DNA of 64,000 nt from Hydrolagus colliei (Eukaryota), in the NCBI GenBank assembly GCA_035084275.1, contig CM068754.1, positions 12,896,001 to 12,960,000 on the forward strand, given 5' to 3'. Below, piece after piece: positions 1-13,039 of this stretch. The notes under the pieces are model-generated. The model was given only the letters and a program-made list of their open reading frames with translations, made no database searches and was not told the origin of the DNA. Numbering within the stretch: the first letter of the stretch is position 1; the number at the start of each line of letters is the position of its first letter. Position numbers and translations under genes: made by a program.

Positions 1-94
1 CCAGTCAATACACATCACAATAAAGTTCCGTGAAGCCCTTTGAGACATCCTGCCGATGTGAACGCACTCCATCAATTGCAAGGATTATTATTGT
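1..94 (+). mobile_element. 3' tail fragment of an L2-tailed tRNA SINE
   Basis: GTGAAGCCCTTTGAGACATCC...GCAAGGATTATTATT matches the tail of the full-length SINE copies in this window. Confidence 0.7.
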
Positions 95-267
95 TACATT
101 TGACATGTATAGTGAATAAACTCCGTTTTTTTTCCAACAAATTAAAATGACATCTTTCAACTAAATCTATAAAACAACAAAGGCATTGATTGTTGGTCTT
201 AATCTAATTTCAGTAAAATATCTAACGTCTTATTCAAGATTGCCCAACAGTGAAGCTCTTGTACCTA

Positions 268-625
268 GAGTAGCTGAGCCACACAACTCAGGAAGCACTT
301 GGGTTTGATTCCCAGTCTGTGCTCAGATGACTGAGGTCAGTCAGCTTTGTCATAATAGGGGCCCTTTATCCAGACTCTGCTGAATCAGAGCGAAAAACAA
401 TCAAACAGCGTTACAACTCCTGATCACTGACCAATGACTTGTGTTGAAAGGTGTGCATGTTGGACATGTAGGAAGTTTCTGCTTGTTTGTGTGGCCCCTC
501 AGAATCACACAGTCTGCAACTATCAATCCTCAGAAACAAAGAATGGCTTTTCGGGCAGACCCTGCTATCACAATATACTCTAGCAATGAGTCACTGTCTG
601 CAGGAGAGCAGTGAAAAAAAATGGT
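268..625 (+). mobile_element. Old tRNA-like SINE, family C (highly diverged, near full length)
   Basis: B-box-like GGGTTTGATTCCCAGTCTGTGCT, then CTCCTGATCACTGACCAATGAC and GAATGGC blocks that recur at ~13.1, 14.9, 40.9, 43.2, 46.0, 53.7 and 55.1 kb. Confidence 0.6.
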
Positions 626-1061
626 GGCAAAATATAAACTGAACTCTAAATAAGAAATATTAATATTTTCAGCTATATCGAGACAATAAAATGCTAACCG
701 CACGTTCATCGCTGGAATAACTCGACACCATAATCTACAAATAATTTAATCAGGTGTCAATCTTTCTTGTGGTTCAGTACATCATAGACTGTATATCTAC
801 AGGTTTTAAATTTAAATCAAGTCACTTTGCTGGTTTGATCCCTGTTCAGTGACAGCTTCATCGTTTTTTCTCTTGCCGGTGTTCCATCATCAGGAACATA
901 TTTGGGATTTTAAAACCTTTTTTTGCTGTAGTTAAGGCTTTCAACAACTTCAGATGCAATTTCAAAAACACTTTATTTGTTTTGATAAACTAGCCTAACA
1001 TTAGTGTTGATTAAATATATAGTCTATTGAAAAGATGTTAGAAATGAGCATCTTTTCATAC

Positions 1062-1252
1062 CTGGTATCCTCCATGGGTCAGTTAAGAATTTCGCTTCAT
1101 GTGCAATTTATTTTTCAGCAACTGAGTCGAAAATGGGTTTCAATCAATTTTCTACTTTGTGTAATTTTAAGTACAGGTAATAGGGTTGGCTCTTTTTTTG
1201 AGGTTAAGAAGAACAAGAAGAGAAGCTCCATAAATTCTACCTACATTTTCTC
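1062..1252 (-). other. Candidate 191-nt exon (non-coding/UTR or pseudogenic)
   Basis: Minus-strand acceptor gcttttctctgcag|GA and donor CAG|gtatga; stops in all three frames, ATGGAGGATACCAG just before the donor. Confidence 0.3.
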
Positions 1253-3029
1253 CTGCAGAGAAAAGCTATTCCATATACTGTAGAAAGTTTTAGCAAATAA
1301 AACTCAGCATTAGAGGCAATAAATATATGACATTTGTACAGGATTTATATCAAGGACTTTTGTTAAAACTATATTTGGAAAAATGCATTTGTGAACAGTT
1401 AGAAGGTTTTTTTTAAAAAAATGATTTTTAACAGCCTTGAAACATTCTTGACACTTACATTCATCATACAAAGATTACAGCCTGGACTTGACGGGAGTTG
1501 ATAAAATTCACATACACGTTGGGAATAATTGTTTGTGAACATTCATGCTTCTTTTGAGGTAAAGTAGATCACCAAATCTGTCTGTTTATCACATTTTGAT
1601 TGTCCATATATATTATTCTATCTTTTTCCTTCCCTCTCTTTTCTTTAAATGACTGTCTATGTTATATCTACAACAAATTCACTTTGAACATTTGCTCTGT
1701 ATCCACCTGAAACTAATGACTTCAAACTTCTTACTACACACATAGCTGACAGTTCTTGTCAACTATCTTTGTGAATAGATCTTTATTCTAAATGACTCTG
1801 TCCACATAGCCTAGAGCATTGGTGTCTCATCATTGGGGGCAATTTCTGTGAAATTTAACTGCAGAAATGTTATGAGTATGTTCTTTGCAAAGCTTATTTT
1901 GAACCAAAAATCCTGGTTGGTTTGCAGAGATGTATTTATTTTCTGATCCTACGTATGACATATTTATTTAAAAATGGGTTACTATAGATTTGATCTGTGC
2001 AATACTCCTCCAAAATGTGGCATAAATCTGCAACTGTTTTAAGAACAAATTATTCCTTTTCACGACTATTATATTAAACAATTTGCACAAATAGTCTATT
2101 TAACCAATGACAACCAGTAACTATCATAGGAAAAGGGAACAGTATATGGATCAATTTCATTAGTCCCCATAAATGGTCTACATGTTTATTGCAATGCAAT
2201 ATGTTTATTAATATGTTTATTTCCATAATAATGTATTGGTGGAGCTGCTCTTTATTTTTCTAAAGAGATTTTATTGAAAGCAATTGGACAAAGCATGGAA
2301 ATAGTATTCTAAGCTCTGTGAAGGCTCAGTTTGAAAAGTCACAAACTGTTCATACATCACAGGATGTTTAATTAACTTATGCATATTACATATTTGTATA
2401 GTTTTACACCTGGGCATGGTTCCATCGGAACTGGTTTGATATTTCACAGGCTTCTCAAAGTCATGACGAATCCTTTATTCACAACTCTGTGAAAGCTCTG
2501 AATCTGGATTGAGACTATACTTGAAATAAAGTCGAACAATATGAACGTTTCAAATGAAGGACATAAATAACATTGCCTTCATTATTTCCCATATCCTGGA
2601 GGTAAATGTTTAAATTACAGCACCGTGAGGTGATGGGTTACCTGATTTATAACCCAGTGACATTTGCAACATTATACTGCTTTTAAATCAGTAATAGAAG
2701 TGATACTCGTAGAACATAGCAAGTGTAAACAAATATGACCTAGTTATAAATCTCTCGGTGAGATACAAATACTTCTTTCGGTTTAGTTGGCTCCATTGTT
2801 CTCTCAGGCAATGTTGCATTACCATCAAGCAAAAACAATATTGATGAGTATTGAATGCATATCTCCCTCCCCAAGACTGACAGATTTCCACAGCTAGATT
2901 CTTACACAAGCACCACCACACATTGGAGAACGGGAGTCTAAACTGAAGTGATGAGATAAGAAAAAGGATGATGTGGGGGAGGGGAAAAGGGAGGAGTCGA
3001 AAGGTGCAGCAGCCACATTCATGAGCATC

Positions 3030-3263
3030 ACTAACTCCATCCCACAGTCCCTTTGCCTCGCTTCCTCCTTTGCCTCCTTTAAGGCCGGTCTCAAGACCTT
3101 CCTTGTTGATCTTGCCTTCTGCCGCCCTCCCAACTCTCTCCCTCCCCTCCTCTCCTCCCTACTCTGCTCCTCCCTCTCGCTCATGTACCGACCTGACTGT
3201 TCAGTGCCTCAGGACATCCTCCCGACATGAAGGCCACTCTATAAATGTCATTTAGTTGCTGTT
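3030..3263 (+). mobile_element. L2-clade LINE 3' fragment (ORF2 C-terminus, pyrimidine-rich 3'UTR, tail)
   Basis: Translates NSIPQSLCLASSFASFKAGLKTFLVDLAF, matching the L2 ORF2 end pattern WNSLP...FK..LKT.L...AF; ends in a stem-loop, TATAAATG and a GTT-type tail. Confidence 0.85.
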
Positions 3264-4837
3264 ACTGGTGTGTTATTTAACTAAATGACTACCAGCAAAA
3301 ACCTGTTTTGTTGCTGGTATCAATGCGAAATGAAATGAAATGTGTCTGGTTTATAAAAGGAATAAGCCAATACTGTACTTTGAAACAGTGTTGTAAGGCC
3401 CCAATAAATAACATGATATAGCACCACAAACAACTTGTTACACAGCACCCTGCTGTATGTATTGAGAGAGCACAAATACACAAATACCTGATAGTTGAGT
3501 GGCCTGGAAGCTCTTTTCACACTGCTGTGATTGCAGGGTTGAGACGCAGTGTTGACTAACCACAAGTAGTGTTGTTCCCCTCTGGATGGCAAGTTTTGAA
3601 TGCAATAATGTCTCACCCAGATGAAGAAGAAGAGAAATTGTTTGCCTCTTGTCTTGTGGTGGCCAATCATAGCAACGTCCCACAAACCACCCAAACAATT
3701 AGGTTTCGGAAATTGCAGACCCACATACAAATATTAATTGTTGCAGATTTTAATTGTCACTGCACAATTTGAATAGGAAACATAGCTCAACAAATCCAAT
3801 TGCATCAGTGGCTAAAATATGAAAGCAATCACAATCCCCCAATTCCCTCAAAAAATAAAATGTGGGAAAATATTTTGTTTTCTGGGAGAGGGGCAAAATA
3901 ACGAAAAGAGACATTGAGGCATTTGACTTATTTGGAAATGAGAAAAGTGCCTGGGAAATTCATAAATACCAGGAAGCTACAAGGCAGACAGATTATTCTA
4001 AGGCTGGGCAAGCTCAACACGGAAGATATGGGTGGATTGTCAATCATGTCAGCTTGTTAACGTAATGGCTGTGGCAGGGCTAACAAGCAGAAAAATCACC
4101 AAGGGGTGAGAACAGCATGACACAAAAGATAAACGTGCCAAGGAATGACAATGAGAACATGCGCAAAGTTTAGTACTACAGGAAGCAACGCTTTTCTTTT
4201 CATTGTCTGCTTCTAAAGCCTTAAAGTAGTACAGTTTATAAGATGAGCACACTTCGCTCTGTTTTTTTGTCGGTGTCGCTTTTTTGTTTGAACTAAAACG
4301 TCTTTTTAAAGTACTTTCTCCCCAATTTACATTTCCATGCTGAAATGTACAAACACAGTACTTTCAACTCTCCAGACATGGTTACTGCTTTTGATTCTTG
4401 TTGCAGTGACTCTTATTGAAAATGCTTGTGGGGGGGATCAGAGGTGAGGACATGGTTGACTTTTGCTCTGATACCATCCCCTCCAAATTTGATAGGAATG
4501 GATCTGACAGCAAGGTGTTGGAAAGAATGCTGCTGCCCTGGGAACTGCATCCTAGCACATGAAACATCTAACAACACAGTGTGCAAATCAAAGCTGGTAC
4601 AATTTTGACATTGCTGTTGAAGCACTGGATGAATATCATTGCTCAGCCCCATAATGTCATCACTTAAGGGCATAATGTATAAGCTTTCAGATAGAGGGTC
4701 ACTGTTTGTGATCAGGACTGGCTGAAACTTGCCTTCAATAGCCCATGCAATGCTGAAGTAATGTCAATGTACCCCCAGATGTTCCAGCACTTAATTCCAA
4801 TGTGTACTGCTTTACTGCGAGTGATTCTACTTTATGT

Positions 4838-4920
4838 AGAATTACATAAACTGTACAGCACCAAAACAGGCCATTTGGCCCAATTAGTCTATACTGTTGT
4901 TTATGTTCCAGATAAGCTTC
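4838..4920 (-). mobile_element. CR1-type LINE 3' end fragment
   Basis: Reverse complement reads GGGCCAAATGGCCTGTTTTGGTGCTGTA, the typical CR1 3' terminal motif. Confidence 0.7.
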
Positions 4921-5139
4921 CATGCATTCTCAACTTTTCTCCCTATCTATCCTCCTCCCATTCTCAATTCCCTTCGTTCTTATGTATGCTTGGTATTTCT
5001 ATTATTCCATGCCCTAATCAATGCATTTGTGCTGTTTATGCTGTGATATTTTTGTGATTTGGAAGAGTCATTCATAATGTATTATTTAAACCACAGCTAA
5101 CAAAAGGAGAATGGTCATTTTCTAATAACTGTTTGACTA

Positions 5140-5395
5140 AACAACAACGACAAAATTACATTTATAGAGTGCCTTTCACATCGGGAGAATGTGAAGGTGC
5201 TGAATAGTCAGGGGTCAGGACCCGAGCATGGGGGAAGGGGAAGGGTGGAGGGGGAGGGGAGGGAGAGAGGTGGGAGGGCGGCAGAAGGCATGATCAACAA
5301 GGAAGGTCTTGAGATCGGGCTTGAAGGAGGCAAGGGAGGAAATGAGTTGAAGAGACTGTGAGATGGAGTTCCAGAGTGTGGGGCAGTGTGGGGCA
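5140..5395 (-). mobile_element. L2-clade LINE 3' fragment, same family as 3030-3263
   Basis: Translates PTLWNSISQSLQLISSLASFKPDLKTFLVDHAF; same 3'UTR and (GTT)n tail. Confidence 0.85.
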
Positions 5396-6752
5396 CTGTT
5401 GTGTGCGAGAGAATAAACATTACTCTCTTGCACACAACAGTGATGGTACCAATCTGAGTTTACATCATTTAGTGAATAGTCCTTGTTATATATTCAGTAG
5501 CATTTATTCCATTCCCTTTCATTAGTATTTTCTTTACACTGAACAATGATGGCATTGATTTTTGTTGTCATACAGAAACAGAAAGGTCAAGAGTGAGTTT
5601 TTCCGTGTGTAACCGTTGAGCTGTATCCACCTCAACTACTGTATCTGCTATTGTATGACCCTGCTGTTTACATTTTATTTACTGTCTTGAGTGGATTTGG
5701 TCCAAAGTATTCTAAAATCCTCTTTCAATGCAGCACTACTTGCTTCACAAAACACGTAGGGAGAAAGGGTTAATAACAATAAGATTGGTACTTCAAAATT
5801 GCAGTCGTTGGTACGTTAAAAAAACATACTTGTGAGATTTCTAACCCGTCCGGAAGGGTGAGAATAGCTGCTTTGTCATCTTATCATAAATACACATATC
5901 CTGACATGGTGTCAGTTTATTCGCTTCTGTTGTTTGAAAATTAGTCCATTCACTGTCTTTTGGGTCCTGATTGGCTGGCATGTTTATTTAAGCAGTCTGA
6001 GAATGGTTGGTAATGATAAACTTCTTCACGGGATATTAAACACTGTAATCCTTCACATTCCTAGTTGGTCTTAACAGTGCAGAATAGACTAAGTGGAAAG
6101 CTTTTTCTGAGATACTGTCTGTGACTGCAACAGCAGCATTCGTTTAAAAGCTTCACTGGACTGAACAGTTGTTCTTAAAATATTTCATTTTCTGGTTCAT
6201 GAACTAGCACCAATGATGTGTCTAAAATTCAGTACAATCATTTTGGAAAGCACAACAAGTCAATTTCTTAATGCGGGAATAGTGGATCCACTATCTACAT
6301 TGCTACTCTGCAAATATACATTAGATACCTGTTGTTAAGGCCGTGAATTTATACCACAAGTGAGTGGGGTTGAATTATGCATGAACAAAAACATTGTGTC
6401 CAGAAGTCCACCACCAAAAGTGGCAATCACGAGTTACATAATCACACACCTTCCCCAGGGTTTGGAACATTCAAAATGGAGAGCAATATGAGTGTTGTGT
6501 TAGACAATTGTACGAATAATCTCATTAAGCGAAGCTGTAAGGGTGGAACCAAAGGGGGGAGAGCCGGGGCTAGGGGAGAAACAATTGCATGTGCCAGTGT
6601 AGTAAGTGTACTTTTCTGATGTTGTAGCTGCAACATGTTTTGGGATGAAGTAAAATAAAGTTTCCTCTGCATCATATTGCACTAAAACTCCAAATTACTA
6701 TTTACCCCCAAGTGATACAGATGTTCCCTCGTTACTGATATCCATTACTTTA

Positions 6753-6920
6753 TCTCAGGTGGTAGCACTCTTGCTTCTGGATCAGAAGTTTGCATGTTCA
6801 AACCCCACTTGATTAATTGGGCCTTGGTGTTACAGTTTAGCTGGTCATTCAGTGCAAAATTGGGAAGACTTGTATTGTTTTTTTCCATTCGAGGTTAAAT
6901 TGAGTTTCCTGCTGCCTGTG
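6753..6920 (+). mobile_element. Deu-domain SINE (family B) 5' part
   Basis: CTCAGGTGGTAGCACTCTTGCTTCTGGATCAGAAG...GTTCAAACCCCAC head shared with the copies at 27.9, 33.5 and 51.2 kb. Confidence 0.65.
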
Positions 6921-6924
6921 CACT

Positions 6925-7167
6925 TTTATTGCACCTCACCACTTTAAAAGTCTCGAAGCACTTCACGAGTAATTACTGTCGAGTGTCATTGTGGGCAAAT
7001 GCAGAAGCAGATCGTGCCACTAAGATCCCGTAAAAATCCATGAAGCGAATGGTCAGTTAATCTGAAGATTGTGGTTAGGGCAATGGGAGAAATTTTCTGT
7101 GTGAATAGTGGAATGGGATCTTTAACGTTCTCTACACAGGACCTCAGTTTAAAATCTCATCTGAAAG
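6925..7167 (-). mobile_element. Deu-domain SINE (family B) 3' part
   Basis: Reverse complement contains GATGAGATTTTAAAC, AAAGATCCCATTCCACTATT and the GTGAAGTGCTTCGAGAC tail. Confidence 0.65.
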
Positions 7168-8692
7168 TCAGATCTGGATTGCATAAAGATGAAATTATTA
7201 AAATGAGCTGAAATGGTAACGCAACATCTAACCGCAATACCTTTCATTCTATTGCTAATTAGGAAACAAGGTGAAACATCTTTTTATTTCCCTACATCTT
7301 GCTGTAAAAGCATTTTTGCATAGCTCTTACAAACACCCTTTCAACAGATCCCTTTCAGCAGATCCGCTGTATAATTAAATACAATAAAAGGCTAAGGTTT
7401 CATCGTCATTTTGGAACCATTGAAAATATGGACGTTAATGGTAATATCAAAATCAACAATTTTCCTTGCAAGAACGAAGCAAATGTTCTCTAGTCAAACA
7501 TTTCATTGTACTTTATGAGTTTGTACTTTCCTTAAAATATATCTTTTTTTGTTTTGCTAGCAATTTTGTTAGAGTAGGTGCTTTGCGTGATCAGATTATT
7601 TTCCCAAGGCTATTCAGATGATCTAAACTGAGTTTCTATAAACACACCTATAATTTCTTCTGACATTTCATGCAGACTGTATGCTCATTTTTCAATTGTT
7701 CACTGAAAACACCTTAAAGTACTTACCAGTATCATCTCATTTTTTTAAAAAAATTGAAAATTTGTATAAAGGAGCCTTTCAGTATAATGGGATTCTGACA
7801 TATGAATCATTATTGATCGTTTCCTTGGAAATAGAGTCACCACAGATTGTGCATCTCGCTTTACAACATATGTTTGGAAGTCATCCAAAGCCAATGTTAC
7901 AAAGAAGGCTCACTAAAAACTCTAAAATATTCTCTTTTTTAACATCCATCAATGAAAAGGGATGTCAGTTTACAATAAATTTATACTACACATTATAAAT
8001 GATAAAATTAAGAACATAAGAAAGCATGGAAGGATGAAATGTCCTTCGATTCATCAACCTTCCTACTGAAAATAGGAACTTAACAAGTGTTATATTTGCT
8101 AATTAAACATATTCAGTTCACTTAGACTTTCATAAATATTTGAGCTCCAATTTCCAGGATCATCTTTGCTGTACATTTGTTTTGATATCATCACCAGAGA
8201 CTTAAAGGTCGGCCCGGCAAAGCGGGTTAGTCTTGCTGATGGTTCGGTGAACCTTGCCAATAGGTTTTTGTAAACCACAGGTAAGAATAGGATCGGGCTT
8301 GACTTTGGCCAAGTAGCCTGTTACTAATGACTACCTGGACTCATACATGAAGGTCAGCAAGTTGGGAAAAAGTTCTCACGCCAAAAAAAACCAGGGTTCA
8401 AGGGAAAATAAATAGTTAAATGGCTTGACGCAAGTGATTGTATATACTTGATTGTCATACACATTTGCTGTAGAAATAACAGGACAAAAATACATTAAAC
8501 TGTACGGCACCTGTTCTTATGTTTTGAGGTTTGAAATAAGTATGTAAATTACATCCCTGGCAGATTACTAACTGAAACCTGGAAATTTCTTTACCTGCAT
8601 CAAGAGTTCTGGGAAAGCTTGTTCACTTGAGGAAAGACCCGGAGGTAAGTAATTATCTATGTTTAGAATAACTAGCATGACCATATCAGAGT

Positions 8693-9000
8693 AATATAAT
8701 CGTTACATTTGATATAGTGCTTTTCACATCTTCTAGACGTCTCAAAGTGCTCAATGCAATACACTGGAAAGTGAATTGACTGTATTTTTATGGGTGGACT
8801 CTGCAGCCAATTACGCACAGCAGTGTCTCACAAACTGTCGTGACTAATTTAGTATTTTTTTTCTGAAGGGATTATTGTCAGGCGTGTGAAGCAAGGAAAC
8901 TTGTCCAAGGCTTGGCCCTGCTGGGAAGCAAACCTAGGTCTCTCGCTTGAATCCTCTAACCACTGAGCTACTGGACTCGACCTGAGCTACAGGACTCCAC
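8693..9000 (-). mobile_element. Full-length tRNA-derived SINE, family A (resembles C. milii SINE2-1_CM type)
   Basis: Head GTGGAGTCCTGTAGCTCAG (locally duplicated), body CCTTGGACAAGTTTCCTT, L2-type tail; adjacent (TAT)n at 9001-9033. Confidence 0.85.
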
Positions 9001-10576
9001 TATTATTATTATTATTATCATTATTATTATTATTAAAATAGTCATTTAAAATAATATCTTCTCCTACAAAAATGTTTGTGATTGCTATTGTTGATCATCA
9101 TCAAATGCCTGTACTACCTTCAGGTGACACTCACTGCTTCAATGATTCAACTAATCCATAAGCACTTTTCTCCCTGGGATATGTTTTTAATGGAACTAAG
9201 TACTTAGTTCTGCCTGACAAATGGCAGGAGTTTATTACAATCGAACTGTAAGACGAGGTAAACTCCAAAACAAGTCTGAACTAGAGAAAATATGGTTTGA
9301 TCACAACAGCTAACAGAGTAGCCCCTAACACACCATCTCCAATTAATCCATCATCGGTTGCTTCCTAGAGCGGCAATCTTACTAATGGATTAAAACAGAG
9401 TAGACAGTAGTAAATAAGTTATAAACATGATAAGCTTACACGGGAACCCCCAGGCTTGCGCCCCCCCCTCCCCCTCCCCATTAATCCATCTTTAGTAGCT
9501 GCCTAAAGCAGCAGTCTTTCCAATGGACCAGATTCTAACAGCATTCATCATTAAATCAACATTCAGTGCTCTAATCAGCAGATGTTGCTGACATGAACCC
9601 TCACTGTAATCTCATTTAACCCCCTCCTGTCAGGAGCAGACAGGGCATGACCGTGTAATGCAGGCTAAATTAGATTTGACACAACAAGAGAAGGCATTAA
9701 AGATTACTTTATTTTGAAATTCACTCCACGATCCACACCTTTGACTTTTACCTCCCTTCACATTCATATTTTTCGCAACCCTGGTCCTTTGAACAAAACC
9801 ATAAAAAGCTTTCATGTTTTCCTCCCTGGGGAATTCTTACATTTATTTGCTAAAAGCTGTATTGCATATTCTGAACTCAGTTGCTATAATGTTTGTTTGA
9901 AATTTAATTAACTCAAGATGCACCGGATCAACAAGATGTACATTGAGCCAATCGTATGATTAAAATTTAGTAGTGTTAATTTATACCGTGAGCAGTCCAG
10001 CAATCAGTGTGACACAACATCTCACTACGTTATGGGGAACTTTGTAAGAGCAGCAACAAAAGTCCAAGTTGGATTGCATTGGTAGTTTTTTTTTGCTTCC
10101 CCAGAAATGAGTATCCATTGCTAAATGTTGCTGTCAAATCCAAAAAATGACAGGAAAAGCTATTAAATGTAAGTGTTGACATTTCTCAAGATCTTCACTG
10201 TATAAATAATGTAGGGATTGGGTACTGGAGTGATACTTGTCATTCATATGTTATTTGTTCAGGCTATCACACCCATTGGCAATCCCCACTATGAATTCAT
10301 GAGTACCTCTATCAGTACCCAAAGTACTTGTGCTAAATTGTATATGGATTCATCTATGATAAGCAAGATAAACTTCAGTACAATCATTTGGCCTTTTAAA
10401 TCTACATGATGCAGTTAGCTTATGTCCCCTTCCTTGTGTTACTATATTTCACTCCAACGACTTGGGATGTCCTCCTGATGAGAAGGGTGCTCTATAAATG
10501 TAACTTTGTTGTTGTTGTTCAGTTTCCAACTGATTCCATTGGATCCTTCATTTGGAAATTAATTCTTTATTGTTTT

Positions 10577-10730
10577 AGTAGTCCTGTAGTGCATTAGTTA
10601 GAGCAATCGCCTCGCAAGTGAGAGGATGTGGATTTGAATCCTGGGTGAAAAATTAGGCAAGTTTCATAACTCCACACACCTCTGTTTACCTAGCAGTAAG
10701 TAGGAATCTGGTTGTTAGATTGGCAGGTCA
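10577..10730 (+). mobile_element. SINE with family-A tRNA head but a different body
   Basis: AGTCCTGTAGTGCATTAGTTAGAGCAATCGCC...GGCAAGTTTCATAACTCCACAC, then CTCTGTTTACCTAGCAGTAAGTAGG, which family-A copies lack. Confidence 0.6.
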
Positions 10731-13039
10731 CTTTTCTTGGGGTAATCAAAAACATTTTGAAAAACTAATAATTTGATCACTCGAGCTCTCAATTAAAAAC
10801 ATGTCTAACATTTCAAAGATTTAGCACTTATTAAATGGGATGATGGAATCTTGGTTAGATATTTAAAAGTCTTCACCACAAATCTTTAGTTTACTTATAT
10901 TAAAATTATTATACAACTGTATTAAAATGTGATTTTTATTGTAAATAATTCACTGAACAATACATTTTACAAATGAAAACTTGAGCAAGAAAATTGCAAT
11001 TATTGATAATTATGCAAGATATAGTATATTTACCGGCACTGGAATATTCTAGCCATCGAAGACATGACTAATGGGGTTATTGAAACAGGATAATTTGTCA
11101 AATTTCTATTGCATCAATTTTCCTGTACTTGTGAGCAAGAAAATAGATGGTAGGTTGTACTGTGGAATAATGTAAATCTCTGATTGCAACAACATTAACA
11201 ATGGGTTACTGCTGAATACTTATTTCATTTCTAGAATTATGTCATTAAATTACATTGATATCTTATGATTTTTATTAGCTTATGTTTTGCACACCACTCT
11301 AATTAGCATTCAATGACATGGCACACAATTGCCAGCCTGGCATACTTGTAATATTCTTGCCTCTGAGACAGAAGGTTGTGGACTCAAGCCACATATTGGG
11401 ACCTTGAACTAGTATACAGTAGTATGTAATATTAAATCTTCAACATTACAATAGGAAATGTCCACGAAAGAATTCTGAACAAGGATAGTTTAAAGCAGGT
11501 TAATGGTTTCCAAAATATTTTTATTAGAAAGCTGACGAACAGCGAAACTCGCAAGGAAACCTAAACAATGTTCAACATTATTTCCTCCACCTCCATCACT
11601 CCCATCCCACCCCGCAGGCACGTGCACTGCTCAATCCACAGGAAAGAACATCAACATGAGTTTCTCTCCATTCACAAACCATTGCTGCAGTGAATACATA
11701 GTGTTGTGTTTTATAATTAATATTCTACAAGCAAATTAGAGACAATGCTCACTGTAATAAACATTAGCATTGCTTATCCTGCAAATTACACTTGATTCAA
11801 CCATAGTCTAATTCAACCCATTCATTTAGTCAAGTGGAAAGTCCGCTTCACTAAAGCGCTGATACGTGTCCTAGTTGATATACAGACAATCTAATGAATA
11901 TATCATTGCTCAATTAATTCATGAAAAATGCAGCTGAACATATATACTCTAATCATTGAATTCTCGGAAATTGTGATAAATCTATCCTATAGGTGTCAAC
12001 CTTTAACTATTATACTCGCCTTGGCATTTAGCTTCATACCATTCACTGTGAGTAACAATTTATGAAGTTATTGCATTTATTCTCCTTCAAAACTGGATTG
12101 TGGTTATTTTCCCATCGGTATATAGGAAGCATTTTAACATTTAGCAGAAACATCCATTTTGATATTACATCTGAGCTAAGGGACCACACCACAATCCTTA
12201 CTGATGACCCTCTATTAGTCAAAATGCCAAGACCTAAACAGATTGTCCTGTAATTACACACAGAGTATACAAACACACTTTGAAAAGAATAGATACAAAG
12301 GTTTCCAGTGTCAGTCTATGCTAATACAGATTATGATCTCTATGTACACACAGTGTATAGGTTATGTAATCTGTTCCAAGGCCATTTAAGTGTTCACCAC
12401 TGCTAGTCCTGTGATACCACATACTGCATTAGTTTATATCTTGCTGATATTCTGATTTTTTTGTTTTATGAGTGGTATTTTTAAACATAATTTGAATCAA
12501 TAACAGAAGTAGTATTTCCAAATGTTGGAAGATTTCCAGGGTGACATTATCTATTTGCAGCATAGAGGGCAACAGTGCAATAGTTTTCACAATAAAGATA
12601 TTTTGGGGCGGAATTTCAAAGGGACATTGTTTTTTTCCTGCTGTTTACACGTTAGAAGCTGCTCAAGTATCTATTTTCGTATGACGTCCCCCTTTGTTTT
12701 GGGTGCTATTCTGATTCACTATTGGTAGCCTAAAAGAGTGGGCAGAAAAAGTTCTCACAGCCAAGAACTTTTTGCCTTCCGAGTATCCTCCTCAGAGATG
12801 CAACTGTCAGCTGAAGCAACCCTTTCTCCTTCTTTCTTCTTAGTCAAACGACCAGCCTGTCATCCACAGTCCTTCCATTCCTCCTGAGACTGGGACCTTC
12901 CAATGTGATTAATCATAAACTGTTGAACCCTTTACTGAATAATTAATGCTTCTGATTTTCAGTTTTAAACTAAAACTTCTGATAAAATACCCCAACACAA
13001 AAAAAAGAAATAGGTATTTATCCAACGCCAAAACATCCC

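Noticed and set aside
4382-4673. Ser-rich minus-strand ORFs as a coding exon
   Set aside because: No recognisable homology and no convincing splice boundaries
2894-5435. ORFs at 2894-3255 and 5208-5435 as genes
   Set aside because: They are readings of L2 ORF2 ends and their low-complexity 3'UTR
7726-7920. Minus-strand exon ending at a CTG|gtaagt donor
   Set aside because: The longest frame stops before the donor and has no recognisable product
8563-8644. Exon with GAG|gtaagt donor and in-frame TGA as a selenoprotein candidate
   Set aside because: No selenoprotein-like context, no SECIS seen, weak acceptor
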